In this document: piece by piece, positions 46,574-55,118 of the stretch
Position numbering within the stretch: position 1 is the first letter of the stretch
How the letters are laid out: each line of letters starts with the position of its first letter
Origin: Burkholderia sp.
Lineage (GTDB): Bacteria; Pseudomonadota; Gammaproteobacteria; Burkholderiales; Burkholderiaceae
DNA length: 64,000 bases
Direction of reading: 5' to 3'
Assembly (NCBI GenBank): GCA_032470235.1
Contig: JAVHYW010000001.1
Coordinates: 111,887 to 175,886 of the forward strand
Notes under the pieces: generated by a model
The model's input: only the letters and a program-made list of their open reading frames with translations
What the model was told of the DNA's origin: nothing
Databases searched by the model: none
Translations under genes and position numbers: made by a program

Positions 46574-47329
46574 ATGCTTATAATTCCAGCTATTGATCTA
46601 AAAGATCAGCGTTGTGTTCGTCTTAAGCAAGGGGATATGGAGAAGGAAACTATTTACTCAGATAACCCATTGTTTATTGCTAGGAAATGGTGTGATCTCG
46701 GTGCACGAAGACTTCATCTAGTTGATCTTAACGGAGCGTTCGTTGGTAAGCCAAAAAATGATAAGCTGATTGAGAAAATTCTTAATGAAATCCACGGTGA
46801 AATTCCTGTTCAGCTCGGTGGTGGAATTCGAAGCCTCAAAACAATCGAGAGGTATCTAGACGCAGGTGTATCATATATAATTATTGGTACAGCCGCGGTT
46901 AAAGATCCTGTATTTATACAGGAGGCATGTAGAATATTTGCAGGAAATATTATTATTAGTCTGGATGCAAAGGATGGAAGGGTTGCAACAGATGGCTGGA
47001 ACAATATAACTCAATATAAGCCATCTGATCTTGCGCTTAAGTTTAAAGATTATGGTGTAGAGTCCATCATATATACAGATATTAGTCGAGATGGAATGCT
47101 TCAAGGCATCAATATTGATGCTACTGCGAAACTCGCTCGGGAGGTCGGTATTCCAGTAATCGCTAGTGGCGGATTATCAAATCTTAACGATATTAAAAAT
47201 CTCTGTGAAGTCGAAGATAGCGGAATTCATGGCGTTATCTGTGGTCGTGCAATATACTCTGGTGATCTCGACTTTTCAAGCATACAAAAGCATATAGATA
47301 AATTAAGAAAAAAACAAAGCTGTATATGA
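46574..47329 (+). CDS. hisA: ProFAR isomerase
   Basis: 251 aa with [32 protein letters not shown] and ASGG. Confidence 0.93.
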   Translation: MLIIPAIDLKDQRCVRLKQGDMEKETIYSDNPLFIARKWCDLGARRLHLVDLNGAFVGKPKNDKLIEKILNEIHGEIPVQLGGGIRSLKTIERYLDAGVSYIIIGTAAVKDPVFIQEACRIFAGNIIISLDAKDGRVATDGWNNITQYKPSDLALKFKDYGVESIIYTDISRDGMLQGINIDATAKLAREVGIPVIASGGLSNLNDIKNLCEVEDSGIHGVICGRAIYSGDLDFSSIQKHIDKLRKKQSCI

Positions 47330-47378
47330 CTACTACTCATAGCTAATATCTATCTCGTAGATAGATATCTATTAGATC

Positions 47379-48152
47379 ATGACTTTAACTAAACGAATAA
47401 TTGTTTGTCTCGACGTGACTGATGGGCGTGTCGTAAAAGGTACTAATTTTATTGAATTGTGTGATGCTGGTGATCCGGTTGAGATAGCACAACGCTATGA
47501 TGAGCAAGGTGCAGATGAATTAACATTTCTCGATATTACTGCGACATCTAGACAGCGTAAATTTATTTTACCTATCATTGAATCTGTCGCTTCAAAGGTA
47601 TTTATTCCGCTCACCGTAGGTGGTGGTGTGCGTTCGGTTGAGGATATACGACATCTGATGAATGCTGGTGCAGATAGGGTGAGTATAAATTCTTCTGCAG
47701 TTGAAAATCCACAGCTCGTATACGATGCATCTGATAAATATGGAGCGCAGTGTATCGTTGTCGCAATCGATGCGAAACGTGTTTCAAAAGAAGGCGAACC
47801 CTTGAAATGGGAGGTATTAACACATGGTGGTCAAAAGAGTACTGGACTCGACGTTATAAAATGGGCTATTAAGATAGCAAGACTTGGCGCGGGTGAGATT
47901 TTGTTGACCAGTATAGATTGCGATGGAATGAAATCAGGCTTTGATCTTGCACTGACACGAAGTGTATCAGATGCAGTTCAGATACCTGTTATTGCATCTG
48001 GCGGTGTCGGTTCGCTACAGCATCTTGTAGATGGCATCAAATATGGCCGAGCTGATGCGGTTTTAGCAGCGAGTATTTTCCACTACGATGAGTATACTAT
48101 CAGTCAGGCTAAGAATTTTATGGCTGAGCAATTTATTCCAGTAAGATTGTAA
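47379..48152 (+). CDS. hisF: Imidazole glycerol phosphate synthase, cyclase subunit
   Basis: 257 aa with [38 protein letters not shown] and VIASGG. Confidence 0.95.
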   Translation: MTLTKRIIVCLDVTDGRVVKGTNFIELCDAGDPVEIAQRYDEQGADELTFLDITATSRQRKFILPIIESVASKVFIPLTVGGGVRSVEDIRHLMNAGADRVSINSSAVENPQLVYDASDKYGAQCIVVAIDAKRVSKEGEPLKWEVLTHGGQKSTGLDVIKWAIKIARLGAGEILLTSIDCDGMKSGFDLALTRSVSDAVQIPVIASGGVGSLQHLVDGIKYGRADAVLAASIFHYDEYTISQAKNFMAEQFIPVRL

Positions 48153-48284
48153 GATGAATAGAATTCACACTATTTATCAGAGCAGCGCGTATTTTCTAAG
48201 TAAAATATTCCTAAAGCTTAATATAAGAGCACTGAGGAAGTTTAGCCATAAAAAAACAAATAAAGTAATCATACGGACGCTAAT

Positions 48285-48704
48285 ATGAATTATATTGAGG
48301 TGATTTCAATACCTACATGGCTTGACAGAGTCTGTTGGGACGAAAAAGGCCTTGTTCCAGTAATTACACAGGAAGCGGAAACGAATGATGTTCTTATGTT
48401 TGCATGGATGAATCGCAATGCGCTCTCAAAGACGATTGAGCTACGACGCGCCGTTTATTATTCACGTTCACGTCAGCGACTGTGGTTCAAAGGAGAAGAG
48501 TCTGGTCACATACAATATGTACTTGATATACTACTTGACTGCGATAAAGATAGCTTACTTTTAAGGGTTAGACAGATATCACGAATTGCTTGCCATACAG
48601 GCCGACATTCATGCTTTTTCCAGAAATTTAAAGGTACATTAGATAATGGAGATTGGGATATCGTTGAAAATAATCGCTTATTTTCTCTTAAAGAAGAAAT
48701 ATAA
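48285..48704 (+). CDS. hisI: Phosphoribosyl-AMP cyclohydrolase
   Basis: 139 aa with [30 protein letters not shown] and CHTG..SCFF. Confidence 0.9.
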   Translation: MNYIEVISIPTWLDRVCWDEKGLVPVITQEAETNDVLMFAWMNRNALSKTIELRRAVYYSRSRQRLWFKGEESGHIQYVLDILLDCDKDSLLLRVRQISRIACHTGRHSCFFQKFKGTLDNGDWDIVENNRLFSLKEEI

Positions 48705-48723
48705 ACATATAGATAAAACTAAA

Positions 48724-49074
48724 ATGATAGAAGACGTACTTCTTCGTTTAACAGAACTGATTAATAGTAGAAAGTCTAGCGATCCAAGTAAATCATATGT
48801 ATCGAACCTTTTTCATAAGGGCGATGATGCTATCTTAAAGAAGATTGGCGAAGAAGCTACAGAGGTAGTACTCGCTGCGAAGAATATTCAGCAAGGTGGA
48901 GAGTCATCTGCTCTCTTATCTGCTCTAGTTCGAGAGGTTGCAGATTTGTGGTTTCATTGCCTCGTCATGCTATCTCATTTCGGTTTAAATCTAACTGAAG
49001 TAATATCAGAACTTGAGCATAGAGAAGGAATATCTGGGATCAAGGAGAAGGCACTACGTAAAGCTAAAAGCTAA
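48724..49074 (+). CDS. hisE: Phosphoribosyl-ATP pyrophosphatase
   Basis: The ORF track starts at 48646, inside hisI. An ATG at 48724 gives [30 protein letters not shown]...[10 protein letters not shown] and ADLWFH. Confidence 0.88.
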   Translation: MIEDVLLRLTELINSRKSSDPSKSYVSNLFHKGDDAILKKIGEEATEVVLAAKNIQQGGESSALLSALVREVADLWFHCLVMLSHFGLNLTEVISELEHREGISGIKEKALRKAKS

Positions 49075-49210
49075 AAATAGCAACTTGCGAATTTACTAAA
49101 TAACTATAAGTTTTACATAGGAAATATCGGATTTATACAGATTAAAGATATTGCAATTATTCCTATAATAATGACGATAAGGCGCTCCATAGAGGTGTGA
49201 GAGATATATT

Positions 49211-49582
49211 ATGGATAATTACAATCCGAATTGCCTATTCTGTAAGATATCAATAGGAGAGATTAAGAGCAAAAATGTTTACGAAGATGAAGAATTTGTA
49301 GCGTTCTACGATATTTATCCAGTTGCTAATACACATGTTCTTATAATCCCACGTAAACATATATCAACACTATCTTCAGTAAATGTCAACGACGCTCCAT
49401 TACTTGGTAAAATGCTTCTACTAGTGGCTCATATTGCTGAAATACTTGGCGTTTCGGATACAGGTAAAGATACTAGCGGCTTCCGGACTGTAATCAATAC
49501 TGGTAAGGGTGCTGGACAGGAGGTTCGCCATCTTCATGCACATATTCTAGCTGGTCCACGGCCATGGGATAGAATGGACTAA
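49211..49582 (+). CDS. HIT-family (HinT-like) nucleotide hydrolase
   Basis: 123 aa with CLFCKI and the histidine triad RHLHAHILAG. Confidence 0.85.
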   Translation: MDNYNPNCLFCKISIGEIKSKNVYEDEEFVAFYDIYPVANTHVLIIPRKHISTLSSVNVNDAPLLGKMLLLVAHIAEILGVSDTGKDTSGFRTVINTGKGAGQEVRHLHAHILAGPRPWDRMD

Positions 49583-49771
49583 TTAAAGTAGTCTAGATCA
49601 AGTTACAATAGGTATATCGACCTAGTAGATAAATTTCTATAAAACATATAAATCCTGAGTTCGATATGTAAATTTGTTGTAATTTATAGAGCCTGATTGT
49701 AAGCAATTTATTATTCTTTATATTCATTCATAAACGATATTGATTACAATTTAAATAAATAAGAGATTCAT

Positions 49772-50518
49772 ATGGATCGAATTAAGCTCGAATTACATTT
49801 AAATAAAATTCTGGAGATTGAGCGCTTTAAGGATTATTGCCCAAATGGCTTACAAGTTGAAGGTAAGAAGGAGATTGAGAAAATTGTAACTGGTGTTACT
49901 GCCTCTATCGCGTTACTAGACAAAGCACTTAAATTAGAGGCTGACGCAGTTCTTGTTCATCATGGCTATTTCTGGCGAAACGAAGTACCTACAATCACAG
50001 GTCGTAAGTATAATAGATTAAAACGGTTGTTAGAAAATAAGATAAATCTGTTTGCATTCCATCTTCCACTTGATGCACATCCAATATTAGGAAATAATTC
50101 TCAACTCGGAAAAAAGCTTGATCTAATTGGTAAATTACATTTTGGTGATGACAATCTTGGTTGGATAGCTATCCTATCTATTCCAGTTACTCTTGGATAT
50201 TTTATTGAAAAGGTTGAGAGAGTGCTCGGACGGAAGCCGCTGTTTTTTGGCAACATCGATATGCAGTTGCGTCGTATCGCATGGTGTACTGGTGCCGCAC
50301 AGAGCTACTTCGATGCTGCTATAGACGCTGGTGCTGACGTATTCTTAACTGGAGAAGCATCAGAATCAATAATGCATATTGCTGATGAAAGTGGTGTAGC
50401 ATTCATTTCTGCAGGGCATCATGCTACCGAACGCTATGGAATACAAGCACTCGGCGACTATTTATCAAAAAATTTTAATCTTAAGCATATTTTTATTGAT
50501 ATACCGAATGCCATTTAG
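49772..50518 (+). CDS. Nif3-like dinuclear metal-centre protein (YbgI family)
   Basis: 248 aa with NGLQVEG, AD..LVHHG.FW, HLPLDAH and SAGHHATERYG. Confidence 0.85.
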   Translation: MDRIKLELHLNKILEIERFKDYCPNGLQVEGKKEIEKIVTGVTASIALLDKALKLEADAVLVHHGYFWRNEVPTITGRKYNRLKRLLENKINLFAFHLPLDAHPILGNNSQLGKKLDLIGKLHFGDDNLGWIAILSIPVTLGYFIEKVERVLGRKPLFFGNIDMQLRRIAWCTGAAQSYFDAAIDAGADVFLTGEASESIMHIADESGVAFISAGHHATERYGIQALGDYLSKNFNLKHIFIDIPNAI

Positions 50519-50689
50519 AGAAATTCTAAATAATGATCTGTATGGACTCTTATTGATATAATCTGGTAAGAAAAAATAATATATCACTAGAGAGATAAAC
50601 ACCCGACTATTAAATAAATGGAAAGTGAAGTGAGCTATTCACCGATTAATTCTCTATTTTCTCTATTTTTTTAAAGGAAATAAAAACGC

Positions 50690-51301
50690 ATGATGGTTTT
50701 GTATTCTGGAACGACATGCTTGTTTTCTCAGCGTTGTCGTCTTGTATTGTTTGAGAAGGGTATGGATTTTGAGATTCGCGACATCGATTTGTTTAACAAA
50801 CCGGAAGACATCACTATGATGAATCCATATGGTCAAGTTCCTATTCTTGTTGAACGGGACTTAATTATGTATGAGTCAAATATTATTAATGAATATATCG
50901 ATGAGAGATTTCCTCATCCGCAACTAATGCCCTCTGATCCGGTAAAACGTGCTCGTGCTCGTCTATTTCTTCTTAATTTCGAGAGGGAGTTATTCATACA
51001 TGTAAACTTAATTGAAAATGAAAAAAACAAGCTAAAAAACAAGAATTGTGAAAAAGCAAACACGGCGATCCGTGATAATTTGACAAAGCTCGCACCAATA
51101 TTTTTGAAGAACAAGTATATGCTTGGCGATGAATTTTCAATGCTTGATGTTGCAATTGCACCGCTGCTATGGCGTCTAGATTATTATGGTATTGAGTTAC
51201 CTAAGAACGCATCACCACTAATAAAATATGCAGAACGTGTCTTTAGTCGACCTTCTTATATAGAGGCACTGACGCCCTCAGAGAGGGTTATGCACCGATG
51301 A
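50690..51301 (+). CDS. sspA: Stringent starvation protein A (GST-like)
   Basis: 203 aa with a GST N-terminal fold (LYSG..C.FSQRCR.VL.EKG) and PYGQVPILVERDL.MYESNIINEYIDERFPHPQLMP. Confidence 0.88.
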   Translation: MMVLYSGTTCLFSQRCRLVLFEKGMDFEIRDIDLFNKPEDITMMNPYGQVPILVERDLIMYESNIINEYIDERFPHPQLMPSDPVKRARARLFLLNFERELFIHVNLIENEKNKLKNKNCEKANTAIRDNLTKLAPIFLKNKYMLGDEFSMLDVAIAPLLWRLDYYGIELPKNASPLIKYAERVFSRPSYIEALTPSERVMHR

Positions 51302-51385
51302 AATCATGCAAGCTGAATTTTTAAATTCCTATAATTGTTTTATGCACCGTATGGTTGTGCTACGCTACATATTTCACAAAATATA

Positions 51386-51898
51386 ATGCAATATTCAACA
51401 AAACCGTATCTGATACGCGCACTGTACGAGTGGTGTACTGAAAATAGTTACACACCATACATTGCTGTTAAGATAGACAGTACAACTCGCGTCCCACGAC
51501 AGTTCATTCAAAATAATGAGATCGTGCTAAATATTGGCTTTAATGCAATAAACCAATTGAAGATGGGCAATAAATTAATCGAGTTCATCACAAGGTTCTC
51601 TGGTAGAGCATATAAGATCGAAATTCCGATTTTAAATGTTCTTGCAATTTATGCACGTGAGAATGGTAATGGAATGGCATTTGAAAATATGGAAAACTGT
51701 ACTGTTAAAAACAGTAATCAGGAGCGACTACCCAGTGATATAATAAAAAGAGATAATTTCAAGAAAAGTGATATGGTATTGTTACCTTCTAAGGTTAGTT
51801 TAAATTCAAATGATGATAGTACATCATCGAAACTGAACCGCGATGAAAGAGTTGTCGATATAAAGCGTAGCCGCGGTCATCTTAAGCTTGTAAAATAA
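51386..51898 (+). CDS. sspB: ClpXP adaptor / stringent starvation protein B
   Basis: The ORF track starts at 51335. An ATG at 51386 gives MQYSTKPYLIRALYEWCTENSYTPYI, the SspB N-domain signature, and the C-terminal LKLVK ClpX-binding tail. Confidence 0.85.
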   Translation: MQYSTKPYLIRALYEWCTENSYTPYIAVKIDSTTRVPRQFIQNNEIVLNIGFNAINQLKMGNKLIEFITRFSGRAYKIEIPILNVLAIYARENGNGMAFENMENCTVKNSNQERLPSDIIKRDNFKKSDMVLLPSKVSLNSNDDSTSSKLNRDERVVDIKRSRGHLKLVK

Positions 51899-51929
51899 GA
51901 AAAGATAAAAAAATATTGTACGATTATAT

Positions 51930-52002
51930 GCCGGCTTAGCTCATCTGGTAGAGCTGTTGATTTGTAATCAACAGGTGGCAGGTTCAAGTCCTGCAGCCGG
52001 CA
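51930..52002 (+). tRNA. tRNA-Thr (anticodon TGT)
   Basis: GCCGGCT-TA-GCTC-ATCTGGTA-GAGC-T-GTTGA-TTTGTAA-TCAAC-AGGTG-GCAGG-TTCAAGT-CCTGC-AGCCGGC-A forms a fully paired canonical cloverleaf. No CCA is encoded. Confidence 0.92.
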
Positions 52003-52064
52003 ACACTTTCTTTTTAAGAATTTTTAATGATTTTTAACGATTTTAAAATCTATTTAATAGAGGT

Positions 52065-52379
52065 ATGGTTGTAATACTGATGCTGACCACAGTACCAGAT
52101 GTTTCTGATTCATTGAAGCTTGCTAGCGGTGCTCTAAATGCAAGATTAGCTGCATGTGTATCAGAACTCGGTGTGATTCGGTCTAACTTCCATTGGAAAG
52201 CTAAAATAGAAATAGTCTCTGAAATTCAGTTGCTATTTAAGACGAGTGTACTCCGATCTCTTGAGCTAGAGAGATTTATTCTGAAAAATCATCCCTATGA
52301 GACACCAGAAATTATTTTCTGGCGTGCGACTACATCAACTTCATATGGAAAATGGCTTGCTAAAGAAACCCACAGTTAA
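52065..52379 (+). CDS. cutA: Divalent-cation tolerance protein CutA
   Basis: 104 aa with A.....L.ARLAACV and ..HW.AKIE...E..L.FKT......LE.FI...HPYETPEI. Confidence 0.85.
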   Translation: MVVILMLTTVPDVSDSLKLASGALNARLAACVSELGVIRSNFHWKAKIEIVSEIQLLFKTSVLRSLELERFILKNHPYETPEIIFWRATTSTSYGKWLAKETHS

Positions 52380-52462
52380 TTCTATTATGTACCTAATAAC
52401 TTATTGGCTCTTGGTTTTAGCTAGAGCACGAAAACATATCGAACGTGTATATTATTATGTAT

Positions 52463-53530
52463 CTATCCGTTTATTAAGAGCATTCGGCCAACAAATCCAG
52501 TGCCCAAGTACGTCGTTACAAAAGCACGCTATATGCTTCTCTAACCGCTTAAATGCGAGTAATAACTCAAGAACAATTTTTCATGATCAAGTCAACTGTT
52601 CTCTTGAGAACCATTTAGTATTTTATACTCACTACTAATCTGAAACATACGTTAGGGAATAGAATTCATCTTTTATTTAGCATAAAATATCAAGGTAGAA
52701 TATTTTATTTCACTATAAACTTGTCTGAACCTTATTCAATATCGAGCCGAACTTCTCGTAGAGCCTAATCAGAATTAAATAGGTTTATCTAGTATTTCAT
52801 TTTTTATTTTTATCAAGATTCAACGAGGAGAAGACTAAATCTCAGAACGGTCTGTAGAACAATAGATATATACTTTTCCGAATATGTCATATAATCTTCG
52901 TATGAAGATAATTATTACTTTCTATAGCACATTTCTCATACTTGTAACTATTCGGCGGCCTTATCCCCCCCCATCCATTGTCTGACAAGTTGGGGGAGCG
53001 ACGGGCGCGTGATATCGAAATCCCCTTTAAATATTTTTATTCTGTGTACAGAATGCCTGTATAGATGAGAATATCAAGCGTTTCATCATTAATTACGTTT
53101 ATCAGGTTTTTTTAAGAACACCATCCTTGTCCATGACTCGTGTATGAATCGAGTACGATATCTAATTAAGAATTCTGATCTCAGGATAAATTGCTTTACC
53201 TCACGACGGGGACCGCATTAGGTTATTAATCCGTCTGGATTTACACCTCCACATCTCGGACATCTAGAATTTTCAGTATCCGATTGATTTCTGAAATAGT
53301 CGATAGTATAACATCTAGAGAATAACAAATTCTTTAGCAACATCTATTAGTAGATCGACAGATATCCGATTAATTCCGGAAATTTCCTATGCTTTGGTTA
53401 ACAACCTTTCCATTGAAAATAAATACTGGATAAATTAAATCATCAGTAGTGAAATAATTTCTATATATGACTGGAGGAGTCGTCTTTTCGCATTCTGCGA
53501 AGACAATGAAGAGGGGATAGGATAGCTCAT
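52463..53530 (-). pseudogene. hemB: Porphobilinogen synthase (delta-aminolevulinate dehydratase) pseudogene, near full length, with multiple frameshifts and stops
   Basis: Minus-strand collinear patches in alternating frames: LRRMRKDDSS; FTTDDLIYPVFIFNGK; EISGINRISVDLLIDVAKEFVIL*; GVNPDGLI; DIVLDSYTSHGQG; GDFDITRPS / SDNGWGGIR (with a G8 run); YMTYSEKYIS; FQISSEYKI; RAFVTTY. All match conserved HemB blocks (RRxRRDDFSR; LTxDDLIxPVF; SMPGVERxSxDxL; YNPEG; DVALDPYTxHGHDG; GADIVAPSDMMDGRIGAIR; IMSYSAKYAS; YQVSGEYAM; KRAGAD.I.TY). Confidence 0.85.
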
Positions 53531-53631
53531 ATTTTTTATTAAAAGCACTATAAGAATCAATTCTCTATAAGCAGTTTTTTCTTACAGACTATTCTTTCCT
53601 CATTTCTTTCCTCATGTTTTTATATAGCCCT

Positions 53632-54255
53632 TTAGCTAATCCAACCTTCGATTAGTGAATGTGCTCTATCTAGTCCAATACGCCTTTGTGCTGAAAAGAG
53701 TTGGGCTGTTACTATACATTTAAATAAATCATTTCGATGATATATATCAAGCTCATTTTCTATATTACATAAAGTAGCTTTACACTCTTGTCGAGTCAAT
53801 TTATCGCATTTTGCTAGTAGTATGTGGATTCTTTTTCCATTCTTCATTAACCATTCCATCATTAGACGGTCTAGGCTAGTTAAGGGACGACGTGAATCCA
53901 TCATAAGGATCAGTCCGCAAAGCTGAGAACGCTTCGCAATATATGTCGATAATAATATTTCCCACTGTGCTTTTACGATAGTGGATACTCCAGCGTATCC
54001 ATAACCTGGTAGATCAACCATATTTGCGATTGGATTAGTCTCAGGTCCCACTAAGAAGTAGTTGATATTCTTAGTGCGACCAGGTTTTTTCGAAACGAAT
54101 GCAAGTCGTTTCTGGTTACATAATACATTGATCGCAGTCGACTTACCAGAGTTCGATCGACCTGTAAACGCAATTTCCGGCTTGGAGCTCTTTGGAAAGT
54201 TGAATAGATGGCCAACCGTTTTATAGAAACGGGCTTGATGAAGCAGAAATGACAT
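53632..54255 (-). CDS. engB: Ribosome-biogenesis GTPase EngB (YsxC/YihA)
   Basis: 207 aa with G1 [17 protein letters not shown] and a KCDK (NKxD-type) motif. Confidence 0.9.
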   Translation of the reverse strand: MSFLLHQARFYKTVGHLFNFPKSSKPEIAFTGRSNSGKSTAINVLCNQKRLAFVSKKPGRTKNINYFLVGPETNPIANMVDLPGYGYAGVSTIVKAQWEILLSTYIAKRSQLCGLILMMDSRRPLTSLDRLMMEWLMKNGKRIHILLAKCDKLTRQECKATLCNIENELDIYHRNDLFKCIVTAQLFSAQRRIGLDRAHSLIEGWIS

Positions 54256-54721
54256 GAAAATTAAAGAAGATTAGTAAAAATAGAAACTTTAGATTTTGAA
54301 ATACACGAGGGGGTTATCAAAGTATCAAAATATAGGTGTCTAAGACATTAACTCTATCTGAGTTTATTAAATTTTTTTATCTAGTCCTATAATATTTTTT
54401 ATAAATTAAATATAATGTTCAGAGTTTTATATAGACTTCCGATAAAGTCAAGATTTGAACATTAGTATGGCAATGAAATAAATTATTTTTCAAGCAGTAT
54501 AATTTTCCGGATAGGTCACATTCTCCTGAAGAGGTATTTTATTTTATTCTATTGAATTCATAAATAGTAATAGCGGTGTAGATTGTAGATAGAGAAAATT
54601 TCTCTAGTTAAATTCGATAGTTCGCTAGTAATTTTTGATAAAGTTACTATAATTCTACTGAATTATAAAATAAAAACTTTTAATTTCACTATTAAACTCG
54701 AATTTTTTAACAAATTAATAA

Positions 54722-55054
54722 ATGTTAAATACAGAGTACCTAAATAATGCAGAAGCCGCTCTAGCAGCCGTCGAGCGAACAATTGATAATATAAATGATT
54801 GCAATCATGATATTGATCTCGAGCGCACCGATAATGTTCTTACATTGACATTCGAGGATCACTCAAAGATTATCATTAATCTACAACAATCAATGCAGGA
54901 GATATGGATAGCATCAAAAGCAGGCGCTTTTCATTATCGATATATAGACGGAACATGGCTTGATACCAGGACGGGAAAAGAGTTTTTTAAGGCGCTTTCC
55001 GATTATGTTACTGAACATTTTGGATTACCGATCACTTTCAGCCCATGTCTATAA
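54722..55054 (+). CDS. cyaY: Frataxin homologue CyaY
   Basis: 110 aa with the typical pattern ...D.E...DVLTL.FE..S.IIIN.Q....E.W.AS..G.FH.. Confidence 0.88.
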   Translation: MLNTEYLNNAEAALAAVERTIDNINDCNHDIDLERTDNVLTLTFEDHSKIIINLQQSMQEIWIASKAGAFHYRYIDGTWLDTRTGKEFFKALSDYVTEHFGLPITFSPCL

Positions 55055-55118
55055 AATCAAGGACTATTCTCGATGATATTCATATTCTAGAGTAAATTTC
55101 TTTAGAAAAAACACGCTC

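Noticed and set aside
52297-52638. 113-aa plus-strand ORF overlapping the end of cutA and extending into the spacer. It is the only 'orphan' ORF over 100 aa in the window.
   Set aside because: It overlaps cutA in another frame. Its 3' part lies antisense to the C-terminal part of the hemB pseudogene. It has no recognisable motif and an unprotein-like composition, so it is most likely a chance open frame.
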